Source of the DNA: a virus
Lineage: Duplodnaviria; Caudoviricetes
IMG/VR virus record: IMGVR_UViG_3300025018_000024
Location: 1 to 45,875 of that record
Strand: one strand, 5' to 3'
DNA length: 45,875 bases
Shown: positions 17,221-27,306 of the stretch, in pieces
Layout of the letters: each line of letters starts with the position of its first letter
How positions within the stretch are numbered: position 1 is the first letter of the stretch
Notes under the pieces: model-generated
Databases searched by the model: none
What the model was told of the DNA's origin: nothing
The model's input: only the letters and a program-made list of their open reading frames with translations
Translations under genes and position numbers: made by a program

Positions 17221-17418
17221 TTATGGACCCTCTGAGACCTTGACGGTCTTGTCATATGTTGGGGCTGTTACAGTGGGGGCAGTTTCGATATTTGGGAACT
17301 CGTGATCCCAATTCAATAGCCCGCCGTCATCGCCTGGTGTGTTGCGCTCAAATAGCCCGCCGACGCCGACGACTCCGGCGACGACCGGCGGGGCCGGTAC
17401 GATGGGGTAGATGATCAT
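17221..17418 (-). CDS. Small tail-associated hypothetical protein
   Basis: Abuts both neighbouring genes. Confidence 0.5.
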   Translation of the reverse strand: MIIYPIVPAPPVVAGVVGVGGLFERNTPGDDGGLLNWDHEFPNIETAPTVTAPTYDKTVKVSEGP

Positions 17419-17825
17419 GGCTGCGTCCCGGTTGCATTGGCCCAAAGGACCGTCACGGTCCCGCCCGTCAGCGTGAGCAGCTCGATGTACACGCGCTTCG
17501 CGCCAGCGCAGCGGATGCGCTGCGTGGCGCTGCGGCCGGCCGCGACCGCGCCATCGGAGGCCGCGACCTCATCCCATGCGTCATCAGCAGTAAGGAGGCC
17601 GTCCCATCGGAAGTGCAGGCGGTATGTGCAGGCTTCGCCGGTCTCGCATCTCACGCTGAAGACGCCCCACTGGAAGCCCGAGCAGTCAAAGCCCACGGTG
17701 TCGGCCAGCGGGTCGGGGGTCACAGCGTTGGGCGCTCCGTTCGGAGCGGTCAGCTCGATCTTGGTCTCCCAAGCCAGCCCCATCCCGCTCTCTCTCCGCG
17801 CTTGTTCGGTCAATGTTGTGGTCAC
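17415..17825 (-). CDS. Tail-associated beta-sandwich protein (136 aa)
   Basis: GAGGA RBS with GTG start; alternating beta-strand pattern. Confidence 0.65.
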   Translation of the reverse strand: MTTTLTEQARRESGMGLAWETKIELTAPNGAPNAVTPDPLADTVGFDCSGFQWGVFSVRCETGEACTYRLHFRWDGLLTADDAWDEVAASDGAVAAGRSATQRIRCAGAKRVYIELLTLTGGTVTVLWANATGTQP

Positions 17826-17895
17826 GTCTCATCCTCGGATGGCCCCGGCGGCCCTATTTGGGGCCTTGCCGGGTCTGTTTGGTTGCGGGTGAAGG

Positions 17896-19185
17896 TCAGG
17901 CGGTGGGGTCGAAGACGATCAACTGGTAGCGCCCGAAGCCGCCGCCGTTCAGGTTGGGCGGTTCGGCCAGCGCGCCGGCCGCGTCGAAGTATTGCAGGAT
18001 GACGGTGTTCGTGTCGAAGACAACGCCCGCGAAGTGGCCGACGGCCGTGGTGGTGTTGCTGATGGCAGGGAAGGCGATGGCGACGCCGTTGGCGCTGGGC
18101 AGGGCCTCGCTCAAGCTGACGAAGATCTGCTTCTCGGTCCCGCCCTGGTATTCGATCTCCAGCACGCCGCCGGTCTGGCTGTTGATGGTGTAGGTGTAGG
18201 GCGGCGTGGGCGTCCCGCCGGGGTGGGAGAAGTTCGCCGCCTGGTACGCCGTGTTGCGCGCGCGGATGATGCCGCGCGCGCTGTCGGCCGCGTTGCGGAC
18301 GTAGACATATCCGGCCGCGGTGCGCGCGCGGATCTTGTCGGTCGTGGCGATGACGTGGGCGACCAGCTCCCCGAGCCGGATCTTGCCCGACGGGTCTACG
18401 TCATCCCATGCCCGATCTGTGATGATCATGTCGCCAGCGGCCAGATCGCCAGCGCCCGCCTCTTGCAGCGTAAAGAGCTGATAGCCCTTATCCGCTGCGA
18501 TCTTGAACAGGCCGATGAACAGGTTGCCCGCTGCCTGAAGCTCGTTGGACGTCAGCAGGCCCTGCATCGACGAAGCGCCGCGGCGGTCGAAGATGTTGGC
18601 CTGCGTGACGTTCACCACGCTGGGCTCGCGGATGACGCTGGCGATGCGCAGCCAACCATCCCCAGCAGGGGCGACGCCCGGAGCGCCGCCGGCCACGCCC
18701 TGCGTGACCTGTACCTCGAGCTTGTACTCCCTGGTCAGCGCGTGGTTCTCGACGCGGATGGGGCCGGTCAGCGTGTCCTTCACGTTGAGGCTGGTGACGT
18801 CGAGGTCTTCGTAGATCGCGCGAACGAAAACACCATCCTCCCGGTTCGACCCCGCGCCGTTCGTGCCGACGGTGGTGGTGAGGTCGGCCTCGGCATAGAT
18901 GGGCCTGACCTCCCCCGACCAGTCGGGGTCATCCGCACCGCCCGCGTCACGGTACCAGCCCAGCCCGCGGCGGATCGTGATCTGGTTGGTCCCTTCGACG
19001 GCCTGAACGCGGAAGGCGTCCCCGAGGTATCCGGCGGTGGTCGATGCGCCGGCTAGCGTGCGGCCAGACAGCAGCTCGGCCAGCGTCATCATCATCTGGA
19101 GAGGCGCGCGCGCGGCGCGGTTGAGCAGGGTGCTGTTGCCCTGTGTGTTGGGCGGGGTGATGGGGCGGCGTAGCTTCTGCGACAT
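17896..19185 (-). CDS. Baseplate / proximal tail fibre protein (429 aa)
   Basis: Follows the wedge genes; GWLRIASV...VTQANIFDRR motif typical of fibre-attachment N-terminal domains. Confidence 0.65.
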   Translation of the reverse strand: MSQKLRRPITPPNTQGNSTLLNRAARAPLQMMMTLAELLSGRTLAGASTTAGYLGDAFRVQAVEGTNQITIRRGLGWYRDAGGADDPDWSGEVRPIYAEADLTTTVGTNGAGSNREDGVFVRAIYEDLDVTSLNVKDTLTGPIRVENHALTREYKLEVQVTQGVAGGAPGVAPAGDGWLRIASVIREPSVVNVTQANIFDRRGASSMQGLLTSNELQAAGNLFIGLFKIAADKGYQLFTLQEAGAGDLAAGDMIITDRAWDDVDPSGKIRLGELVAHVIATTDKIRARTAAGYVYVRNAADSARGIIRARNTAYQAANFSHPGGTPTPPYTYTINSQTGGVLEIEYQGGTEKQIFVSLSEALPSANGVAIAFPAISNTTTAVGHFAGVVFDTNTVILQYFDAAGALAEPPNLNGGGFGRYQLIVFDPTA

Positions 19186-19207
19186 GCTGGTCTCTTGTGG
19201 GGGATGG

Positions 19208-19906
19208 TCAGAGGATAAAGCCCGAGGTCGTGCGCCAGATCAGCGCGACGTGTGGGTCTTCTGGGGTATCTACGATTTCAAGCCGATGCGCAACACCGGC
19301 GGGGGTCAGGGCGTCCAGCGTGCGCGCCAAGCGGCGGTATGGGTCGCGCTCAAGATCGGCGTCAAGGTGGGCGAGAAAGGATAGATCCTGATAGAAGTCT
19401 ACATCCAGATACTCCCCCGCTGGTGAGGTCACAGCCTCGAGCAGCGGACACGACACGCTGACCAGGTGAAGCGACCCACCCTCGACCGTCAGCGGCCCCA
19501 CGACGACTCCCGCGATGTCCCAATAAAAATCGAGATCCCAGCACAGAAGGCGGGGCTCGGCATAGGTCAGCTCGACCGCCTCCCGCGCCAGCGCCGCGGT
19601 CATCTCATCGACCAGGTGGCCGGGCGTCGGTCCCCGCCCGGAGACGTAGGCGCGCGCTGCCACGTCCTCATCATCCTCCCATGCGTCGCGGGGCCGCAGC
19701 CCGAGGTTGGTGAGGATGGCGTCAAGGTCTGAGCCCGTGGCCGTCAGGCGGTCAAGCCGCCCCGTCATCGCGTCAAGCGCGAGGTCAGCGGCCCTCATCC
19801 CCCACGCCAGCGCCTCAAGCACAAGCCGCCCGATGGGGTCATCAGCGACAAACAGCGGGGCCTTCTTCTTGAGCGCCTCGAACAGCTCATTTAGGGTGCG
19901 CGCCAT
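19208..19906 (-). CDS. Baseplate wedge subunit (P2 gpI-like)
   Basis: TATGSDLDA..LGLRPR..EDDEDVAAR and C-terminal L..LTPAGV. Confidence 0.7.
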   Translation of the reverse strand: MARTLNELFEALKKKAPLFVADDPIGRLVLEALAWGMRAADLALDAMTGRLDRLTATGSDLDAILTNLGLRPRDAWEDDEDVAARAYVSGRGPTPGHLVDEMTAALAREAVELTYAEPRLLCWDLDFYWDIAGVVVGPLTVEGGSLHLVSVSCPLLEAVTSPAGEYLDVDFYQDLSFLAHLDADLERDPYRRLARTLDALTPAGVAHRLEIVDTPEDPHVALIWRTTSGFIL

Positions 19907-19907
19907 C

Positions 19908-20444
19908 TCACACCCCCACAACGTTTGTGGGGGCCGCAGCGGGCCGCCACGCATCTAACACGGCCTTGACCGCCGCCACCGCCTGAGCTGAGCTGTACGG
20001 GGCTGCTGGCGTCACCGTCAGCGTGATGAGCCCGGTGGTGAGGTCCTCCGTCACCACCCCCGAAGCCACCCCCGTCAGGCCACCGCTGTTGAGCAGCCAC
20101 GTCAGCGCCGCCACCGTGCCCCGTACCAAGCCGTTGACGAGGTAATCATCAACGCGCGCGTTGTAGTCCTCATCTGACTCACCCGTTAAGCGGTCAAGCC
20201 TGGGCTCAGGCCCAAACAGGTTCTTGATGAGCGCGTCAAGGTCTGAGCCCGTGGCCGTTGAGCGGAAAAACCGCCCAAAGAACCTGTTGGCCCGCCTGAT
20301 GGCGGCCTGAGCTTGAGCTGCGCCAAGCGCCGCGATGGCGTCAGGCCATGACCCCGCCGTGAAGTCATCAAGCTGATGCTCCGTGTCAGCGATTAAGACG
20401 CCAGCCACCTCATCATAAAGCTCATTGAAAGTAGGAACTGCCAT
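19908..20444 (-). CDS. Short baseplate J-like wedge protein (178 aa)
   Basis: TATGSDLD, ESDEDYNARV, RGTVAAL, V.AVLDAWRP motifs. Confidence 0.7.
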   Translation of the reverse strand: MAVPTFNELYDEVAGVLIADTEHQLDDFTAGSWPDAIAALGAAQAQAAIRRANRFFGRFFRSTATGSDLDALIKNLFGPEPRLDRLTGESDEDYNARVDDYLVNGLVRGTVAALTWLLNSGGLTGVASGVVTEDLTTGLITLTVTPAAPYSSAQAVAAVKAVLDAWRPAAAPTNVVGV

Positions 20445-20453
20445 CTCATCACC

Positions 20454-20834
20454 TCACGTTATCTTGATTGTTGGCAGGCTGAGCCGCTGACCGCTGACAT
20501 TTACCACAATATCAATTGTAGTTAATGAGCCATCGACTCTATTTATTTTTACGGTGTACCCTTCGATATACCTTAGAGTGTCAAGAAGCGCCTCAATACT
20601 AAGATTAAGGCGCTTTAACATGTCCGGGGTTGGCATCTTCCCTGAGTAAGAACCCAAGCCGCCCCCTATCGTGGGGCGGTGGAGCAGCTCCCCCGGGGTC
20701 ATCCACAAGAGGCGCACGATGCGCTGAGCCACCATGTCAAGCCCGGAGGCCGTCCTCAGCCCGTGGGCCCCGCCCGTGACCTCAACCCGCTCAGCGGGGG
20801 TGTAGATGTCTCTTATCTGACCGCTCATGTTCAT
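20454..20834 (-). CDS. gp25/gpW-like baseplate sheath initiator
   Basis: SGLDMVAQRIVRLLWMTPGELLHRPTIGGGL. Confidence 0.85.
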   Translation of the reverse strand: MNMSGQIRDIYTPAERVEVTGGAHGLRTASGLDMVAQRIVRLLWMTPGELLHRPTIGGGLGSYSGKMPTPDMLKRLNLSIEALLDTLRYIEGYTVKINRVDGSLTTIDIVVNVSGQRLSLPTIKIT

Positions 20835-21484
20835 GCTCCCTTGATGAGCCCGAGCTGGGTTTTGAGTATCGCGAAGGCCGGATTGACCACGGGCTGAGGC
20901 CCGTTGGGTGTGGCTACCGTGGCCGTGGTGATCGCGGTGATGAGATCATTGATAAGCCCAAGCACGGAGCCCGCCGCCCCGCCCATATCCACCGTGCCCC
21001 CAGGCTGAGCGCGCAGGTAAGACCCGCCCGCGTTGGTCAGCTCAAATGCGCCGCTTGGCGCAAGGCTGAGCGTCGCGCTGATGAGCCCCGTGGCTGAGCG
21101 CGCCGTCAGCTTGACCGCCCCGCCCTTGGTGACAAGATGCCATGTCTCCCCATCCCCCACGCGCCACAACAGCTCATCCCCGGCTGCGGGCTCAGAAGCA
21201 GCCAGCGCGGTGAAGCCCAAGAAGTAAGCGTTGGACATGTCACCGCGCGGGCAAACGATGAGCCCGGGCTCGTCAGCCCGGGGCTTGCGAACGATGGCCC
21301 CTGCGGCTCCTCCGCTCAGGTTCAGCACATCAGCCCATAGAGCTTGCCCCGTTTCCACCACCACCACGCGCACCTGCACCGTCCCGCCCTCAAGGTCAAG
21401 CTCACCCGTACAGGTGACCTCAAAGATACAACCTATTTCAGACTTCATCGTCGCCAAAGTAGATAAGATGGAGCCGCGCATCAT
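20831..21484 (-). CDS. Baseplate spike (gpV-like)
   Basis: OB-fold N-terminus (KPRADEPGLIVCPRGD) plus beta-repeat C-terminus; position in the baseplate block. Confidence 0.75.
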   Translation of the reverse strand: MMRGSILSTLATMKSEIGCIFEVTCTGELDLEGGTVQVRVVVVETGQALWADVLNLSGGAAGAIVRKPRADEPGLIVCPRGDMSNAYFLGFTALAASEPAAGDELLWRVGDGETWHLVTKGGAVKLTARSATGLISATLSLAPSGAFELTNAGGSYLRAQPGGTVDMGGAAGSVLGLINDLITAITTATVATPNGPQPVVNPAFAILKTQLGLIKGA

Positions 21485-22833
21485 GTCACCTCGATAAAGT
21501 TTACAGCCTCAACGCTGAGCGAATAGCCCGAGGATTGGCTGAAGTTATGGTTTGCGCTATCCACGAAGAAAACCTTGTCTAGCTCGCCCCATGACTTCGC
21601 CAAGGCCGTTGCCACGCGCGTTGCATAATTGGCCCTCAGCAGGGCCTCGGCCCGCCCATCCTCCGATGATGCTTTATCCACAATGCTCCTGATGCTCCTG
21701 TCAATGTATAGGCGCACCGCTGAGCCGTTTGATATGGCCGTGGCTGGATAGCCAAACCCGGCTTCTTGTATACTCCCGCCGTATGGCTGTTGATGTAAAT
21801 ATAATTCTTTTGTCTCGAAACTTATCTTGAGCTGTTGCTGAGAGAAGTTTTCCCAAATGCCGCGCGCTATGCGGCTAAGGTTGGCTTCTGTCGGCTCCGC
21901 TGCACGGCCCCAAAACTCACGATAAACAACCTCCTTTGACCTCTCAGTCTTGCCATCTGACTTGACAATTTTAATTGTTGAGTTGGCAGGGTTGGGCCAC
22001 GTCCCTGTAACGCGCTTGCCCGTGGCGGGGTCACGCGCCCACACGAGAACGTTAGGGATGTTGTCAAGTCTAAAAGACCGCTCAAGACTTAGTGAGCTAA
22101 GGTTATATCCATCAATGAAAATCGGGATGTTATCGGGGCTGCCAAGGATGATGTTTCGTGGGGGCTGCAAGATCACCTTGTCCGCCTTGACCACCGCGAT
22201 GAGGCCCGCCGCGCGCGCGATGCGTTGAATGACATCCCACTGCTTGTCATCAGGCTTGGCCGTCAGCTCAGCCCCCTTCTTGCCCTTGCCCTTGGGCACC
22301 ACCGGGGCCGCACCTTCGAAGGCCGCGACCACCTGCAGCGCGCGCGTGTTGGGCTTGAGCGCGATGACCTCGCGCACCATATCTACAACGCTTTTCCCCC
22401 TTTCGATGACGCTTGTACCCCAAGAGTTATCGAGAAAAAACCCTGTATAGTCACGCCCGCTCAGCTTGACGGTGGGCCGCTTATCGTTGTTAAAGGACAA
22501 GGTCATCTTGTCATTATGACCCAAGATAAGCCTTGACCTGTCATCGCGCACAAGCTGAGCCCCAAGGCTCCCCACATCCCCCACGAATATCTCAGCCACC
22601 ACCGCGCTCAGCGAGGTGGGGTCTGTCGGGAACAAGCTCGCATCAAGGGTCAGGCTGAACGTGTCCGCGCTCGCGGTATCGTTGCACTGAACCTCTAGCT
22701 CGATGGGCTCAACAGCCTCCAGCTTGATGAGGTCTGAGGCCCCAAAACGGGCCCCTGAGCTGAAGGCCAGATTGACGAGGGCTCGGGGATAAAAGACACG
22801 TTGGGAAGGGCTCAGCGGGCTTGGTTTGGGCAT
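21481..22833 (-). CDS. Baseplate hub (P2 gpD / Mu gp44-like)
   Basis: ADTFSLTL, VKLSGRDYTG, WDVIQRIARAAG, FFVDSANHNF..GYSLSVE. Confidence 0.8.
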   Translation of the reverse strand: MPKPSPLSPSQRVFYPRALVNLAFSSGARFGASDLIKLEAVEPIELEVQCNDTASADTFSLTLDASLFPTDPTSLSAVVAEIFVGDVGSLGAQLVRDDRSRLILGHNDKMTLSFNNDKRPTVKLSGRDYTGFFLDNSWGTSVIERGKSVVDMVREVIALKPNTRALQVVAAFEGAAPVVPKGKGKKGAELTAKPDDKQWDVIQRIARAAGLIAVVKADKVILQPPRNIILGSPDNIPIFIDGYNLSSLSLERSFRLDNIPNVLVWARDPATGKRVTGTWPNPANSTIKIVKSDGKTERSKEVVYREFWGRAAEPTEANLSRIARGIWENFSQQQLKISFETKELYLHQQPYGGSIQEAGFGYPATAISNGSAVRLYIDRSIRSIVDKASSEDGRAEALLRANYATRVATALAKSWGELDKVFFVDSANHNFSQSSGYSLSVEAVNFIEVT

Positions 22834-22842
22834 GGTGTGCGC

Positions 22843-23859
22843 TCAGGTTGAGGAGGGCTTGGTGGGGATGATGAGGGTCTGGCCCGGGGTGATAGTGTCG
22901 TCGTCAAGGCCGTTGCCATCAGCGATGAGGCTCCATAGCCCGAAGTCGCCATAGTAGCTAAGCGCCAGCCCTTGCAACGTCTCACCACCCTTGACGGTGT
23001 GTGTCCTCAGCGACGTGGGTGTTGCTACCGCCGCGAGGTCACGCGCCACGCCCAGGGTCAGGCCCCGCAAAGCCCGGGCCTCAGCGAGCAGGTCATCGCG
23101 CCACAGCTCAGCCGTCAGCAGCTCAGGCCCGGTCACATCGCTCAGCGTGGCCGCCCCCGCCGCGCGCAAGGCCCGCGTCATCTCCGCAAGGCCCCGAAGC
23201 GCCCCCGAGGCTGAGCGGGTCATCTGGCGCGCTACCTCAGCGGTCAGCTCAGCGTAATAGACCACCGCGCTCAGCTCCGCGACCATCACCCCCAAGCTGT
23301 TCTCCGCCGCCGCCCAGGCGTACAGGATGCGCTGCGCGAAGTCATCGCGCACGATGGGGGGCCGCGCGGTGACCAGCGCGTCAAGACTCAGCGCGGCCTC
23401 GCTCAGCTTTGAGGCGTTGTCAGTCGGGGCCGCCGCCAACACAAGCGTTGCAGGGCTTGGAGGCCGCCTATAAAGCGGCTCAAACTTGATATTGTATTTA
23501 ATTCGTTCTGGTGTCTCCTCCTCAAAGTAAGCATCAAGGAAGCCCCACCGTTGGTCATTGTTATAGCCAAGCCTGATGAGGTCGCCAGAATACAGCAAGC
23601 CCTCCAGCGCGCGCCGAAGGGCTAGGGCGTGGCCCGCGCCGTTGCCCGTGTATGCGTCATCGAACACGCCCGACAAGTCAACGGGCACATCCTCCGTACC
23701 AAGCACCTGAGCTGACGTGTTGTCCGTCCCGACATAGCGCGTCACCTCGCGCCTTATGCGCCCTCCCCATTGGATAGGTCCTTCGGGCAAGTCATTTCCA
23801 TCAATGATAACTTGCTCGCCCGTTCTGTGGTTCTCTAGCACGATAGATGGGGTGGTCAT
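22843..23859 (-). CDS. Tail tube initiator with C-terminal LysM domain
   Basis: HTVKGGETLQGLALSYYGDFGLWSLIADGN...ITPGQTLIIP. Confidence 0.85.
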   Translation of the reverse strand: MTTPSIVLENHRTGEQVIIDGNDLPEGPIQWGGRIRREVTRYVGTDNTSAQVLGTEDVPVDLSGVFDDAYTGNGAGHALALRRALEGLLYSGDLIRLGYNNDQRWGFLDAYFEEETPERIKYNIKFEPLYRRPPSPATLVLAAAPTDNASKLSEAALSLDALVTARPPIVRDDFAQRILYAWAAAENSLGVMVAELSAVVYYAELTAEVARQMTRSASGALRGLAEMTRALRAAGAATLSDVTGPELLTAELWRDDLLAEARALRGLTLGVARDLAAVATPTSLRTHTVKGGETLQGLALSYYGDFGLWSLIADGNGLDDDTITPGQTLIIPTKPSST

Positions 23860-26102
23860 TATGTGTACCTATCAACAGATATGCGCCCATTTGTGAACAC
23901 GTCATTCAACAGGTCTGAGATAGCAAACGCGATGCGCTCCGGGCTCGCGTCAGTCTCAATCTTCTGTTCAATTTTGATGTGGACAACGGGCGGCTTTTTG
24001 TTGTCACCAGCGGTCTTCTCGTCTTGCTCTTTGAGCTTCTTGAGCCGGGCCTCCTCAGCCCGCTTGCGCTCCAGCGCCTCAGCGTCAGCCGTCATCTTGT
24101 CGCGTCGCTGGTCAGCCAAGCCGAAGCCTTGCTTGAACGCCGCTGACGGGTCTAGCGCCTTGAGGCCAGCCATACCCCCGCCCGCACCTTCAAACTGCAT
24201 ATAGAGGGCCCCCAAGCCCCCGCTGATGCCCTCGATGACATACGCCAAGAAGCCCAGGCCCTTCACGAGCTGAGCAACGGACCAAATGACGAAGCTGAGG
24301 GTGTTGGTCAGGCCCTCACCGAGAAGGGTGGTGAATTGCTTGACCATCCCCGCCGCCCCACCCTCGCCAGCCCCGAAGCCAAAAGCCCCCGCGAGCTTAT
24401 CCAGCTCCTTGAACAGCAGCGCGACCATATCGTGAAAGGTGCCCGTGGCCGCGTTTGTCTCGTCTTGCAAGACCTGCATGACGCCCACAACGGCCCCGAT
24501 GGCGAGGCCCACCGGGCCCGCAAGCCTGAGCAGAGCCGTCAGGCTTGTGGTCACCGAGCTGAGCCCCACCGCGCTGAACAGGCGGCCCAAGCCCCCCTTG
24601 ACGCCCCCTCCGATGGCCGCCGCTGATGTGCCCGCGACCATGCCCGCGCGCTGGAGGCCCGTGCCCAACAGCCACTTGTCCGAGCCCATCATCCCCGTCA
24701 GGCCCAACGCCCCCGCCGCGCGGGCCCGAGCCGCCGCCCCGCCCGCCTGAGCCACCATGAGCCCACGGCGGCCCGTTGACGCGATGCCCCACCGGGGGTC
24801 ACCCACCACGCCAGCAAGCCCGAACATGTCCACCGCCCCGCGTGACAGGGCCCCGGGCGCACGTCTGAGCGCGTCACCCGCGCGCCACGCCCCGAAGCGC
24901 GCCGTCAAGGCCGCCTTGCCCCCAAGCCCGCTCATCGCCCAATTATCCGTTCCCCTGAGCGCCATGGGCACAAAGGCTGAGCCCACCGCTGACGCGCGCT
25001 GCCCGATGTTGAAGCTGCTGAGCCTTGACGCCACCCCGCCGCCCACCGTGCCGATGCCCGCTGATGCCCGCGCCCCCAAGACTTGAGGCCACGAGCTGAG
25101 CGCGGTGATGACGTTCTGAGCCCCAAAAGCCTTCATAGCCAGCAAGCCCGCTGAGGATGCCACAAGAACATCAACATTCTTTGCGGCATACATCGCCGCA
25201 TCTCCGAACACTTCAAAAGCCTGGGTCAGCTTTCCGCCAATAGCCTCCGCCGTTTTGGTCACATAGTCTTCATTTTTCTCAAACCAATCATTGACCTCTT
25301 GGAGCTTGCCAGATAACAGCTCGGTTAGCGGCTCGCCAACGGTCAAAAGTATATTATTAGCCACATCCCCGAGTGATGCTATTTGGCCTCCAATCGTCTT
25401 ATTAAGAAGGTTGTTAGCATCATCAAATGAAGCAAGAACTTTGTTGACTGCATCGAACGTCTTTCGATTGTCCTTTACCGCTATCTTGTTAAATTCCTCA
25501 ACAGCCTTTGAGCCCGTTGACTTGATGCCAAGCTCCTGCATCAGTGGTGTCTTGATGCCATTGAATAACCTGTTGTCAGACCCGGCTTGACCACTTGTTA
25601 TCTGCAAAAGCTGCTGAGCGCCAAGCTCATAATCCGAGCCAAGCAAGACGTTTGAAGCGGCGGTGGCGCGCTTGGCGAAGGTGACCAGCTCGCTGTTGCT
25701 AGGAGCGATGCCAGCGATACCGGGCAACACCGTTGAAGTGATGTTAATGAGGTCTGACGCCTCTCCCTTCGTCTCCTTGGCGGCCTTGCGCAAGTCGCGC
25801 GTCAGCTTGGTGGCCCTGTTCATGTTGTTTTCAAACGTGCCCAGGCCGTTGAGCGTCAACAGCGAAGCCACCGCGATCTTTGACTCGGTGGCTTCGCTGT
25901 TGAGCTGTACAAGGTGCTTGCCCAGGCTGCCGAACACGCTTAGCGCGGCCCCGCCACCTAACGCCAGCAGGGCCCCGCTAACGCCACCGAGGGCCTTGCT
26001 GGCGTTATCCGCCTTGGTGGTGATGCCATCGAGCTGCGACCCCGCCCCCTTGTCTTGCACGCTATATCGAGCCACAACCTCATACATCGCTCCGAGCATC
26101 AC
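23859..26102 (-). CDS. Tape measure protein (about 747 aa)
   Basis: Ala/Gly-rich helical protein with hydrophobic segments between the chaperone and LysM genes. Confidence 0.85.
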   Translation of the reverse strand: MMLGAMYEVVARYSVQDKGAGSQLDGITTKADNASKALGGVSGALLALGGGAALSVFGSLGKHLVQLNSEATESKIAVASLLTLNGLGTFENNMNRATKLTRDLRKAAKETKGEASDLINITSTVLPGIAGIAPSNSELVTFAKRATAASNVLLGSDYELGAQQLLQITSGQAGSDNRLFNGIKTPLMQELGIKSTGSKAVEEFNKIAVKDNRKTFDAVNKVLASFDDANNLLNKTIGGQIASLGDVANNILLTVGEPLTELLSGKLQEVNDWFEKNEDYVTKTAEAIGGKLTQAFEVFGDAAMYAAKNVDVLVASSAGLLAMKAFGAQNVITALSSWPQVLGARASAGIGTVGGGVASRLSSFNIGQRASAVGSAFVPMALRGTDNWAMSGLGGKAALTARFGAWRAGDALRRAPGALSRGAVDMFGLAGVVGDPRWGIASTGRRGLMVAQAGGAAARARAAGALGLTGMMGSDKWLLGTGLQRAGMVAGTSAAAIGGGVKGGLGRLFSAVGLSSVTTSLTALLRLAGPVGLAIGAVVGVMQVLQDETNAATGTFHDMVALLFKELDKLAGAFGFGAGEGGAAGMVKQFTTLLGEGLTNTLSFVIWSVAQLVKGLGFLAYVIEGISGGLGALYMQFEGAGGGMAGLKALDPSAAFKQGFGLADQRRDKMTADAEALERKRAEEARLKKLKEQDEKTAGDNKKPPVVHIKIEQKIETDASPERIAFAISDLLNDVFTNGRISVDRYT

Positions 26103-26108
26103 ACGGCC

Positions 26109-26387
26109 TCATTTGGGCTTGGGGTTTTCCATTTCGATGAGCTTAGATAGCGCGGCCCATCTCCTGTATAATTTGGAGATGGGCCACTTGCTCACCGCTT
26201 CAATGTCTTGGTACGCCCACCGTCCCATTCCAACCACCCACCTATTCAGCATATCATAAGTCTCTTTGCTTAGATAAACTGTATAAAGCGGGTTTGCCTT
26301 TGTTCTTGGTTTTAGGCGGAAATCAAGACCTTCACGGTCACGAGCCTCAGCGTCGGTCAGGCTCGCTTGAGGCTCGACATAAAAGCC
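26109..26387 (-). CDS. Tail assembly chaperone -1 frameshift extension (gpT-like)
   Basis: The -1 frame opens at GGCTTTT (26387-26381), just after a TGA, and runs about 90 codons (..YVEPQASL..MLNRWVVG..ENPKPK*) up to the tape measure gene. Confidence 0.75.
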   Translation of the reverse strand, partial: GFYVEPQASLTDAEARDREGLDFRLKPRTKANPLYTVYLSKETYDMLNRWVVGMGRWAYQDIEAVSKWPISKLYRRWAALSKLIEMENPKPK

Positions 26388-26776
26388 TCAACATCGTCAT
26401 CAGGAGGCGTGGTCATAAACTCCAAAGCCTTGACCAAGAAGGTGCGCTCGTACATGGTCAGATATTTGTTGATGCCCTCGCCTTCAATGTCTTGGAAGCT
26501 GACCTCCACGTTGCCCACCGCCACCAAGCTCAGCCGGAGCTGAGCCCACTGAGCCTCGATCATCGCGCGCTTGTCATTACCCCGCTTGATATAGGGGTCA
26601 ATGAGGTCAAGGGCGTTCACGATGATGGCCTCGGTGGGCTCGCGCATGATGATCTGCTTCTTGCTACCGGGGATTAGGGCCGTCCAGTAACCCTCGCGGC
26701 CTTTGTACTTGTCAAGCACGTTGACCGGGGCGGGGGGCGGTGTGACATCCATGGCGGTATTGCTGTTGTCGTTCAT
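26357..26776 (-). CDS. Tail assembly chaperone (gpG-like)
   Basis: Position between tube and tape measure; GAGGA RBS. Confidence 0.8.
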   Translation of the reverse strand: MNDNSNTAMDVTPPPAPVNVLDKYKGREGYWTALIPGSKKQIIMREPTEAIIVNALDLIDPYIKRGNDKRAMIEAQWAQLRLSLVAVGNVEVSFQDIEGEGINKYLTMYERTFLVKALEFMTTPPDDDVEAFMSSLKRA

Positions 26777-26874
26777 TGTCTGGCATCCTCATTTGTGTTT
26801 ATGAACCTCGCCTTTGCTTCATCTTGAGCTAGGCGGGGTTCATGTTTATCATCGCTCATCAGGCCACGCAACCA

Positions 26875-27306
26875 TCATGCAATACGGATGCGCGGCTCGG
26901 TGGTGAAGTTGACCGTGACCGTTGACGGGCTATCCGTCTCCGGGTTGTCAGTGTTGACGGTGAAGCACGCGCCTGGGTAGCGGTAGCTGCGCGACGTGCC
27001 CGTTGCTGGATAGTACTCGCGCTCGAACAGCTCAACCTTGTACTCGCTCAATCCGTCAAGGTAATTCGAGATAATATCGTCGATGATGTCTTGCATCACC
27101 GGGCCTTCAATCTCGAAGGTTGCTGAGCCGCTGTGACCGTCCACCGTCTGACGAACGGGCTTGATGCGCGTACCTAAGCGCTTCTGGCGCTCAACATTAG
27201 AGTCGAGATTGATGGAGCAGCTTGTGGGGTTGATGGTGCGCACCAGCTCGCCAGTGCGAGCCTTGTAGAACCTGAATTGCTTATCACTTCCGCGCGAGAT
27301 TGTCAT
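26875..27306 (-). CDS. Tail tube protein (143 aa)
   Basis: Size, beta-rich pattern and position directly after the sheath. Confidence 0.8.
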   Translation of the reverse strand: MTISRGSDKQFRFYKARTGELVRTINPTSCSINLDSNVERQKRLGTRIKPVRQTVDGHSGSATFEIEGPVMQDIIDDIISNYLDGLSEYKVELFEREYYPATGTSRSYRYPGACFTVNTDNPETDSPSTVTVNFTTEPRIRIA

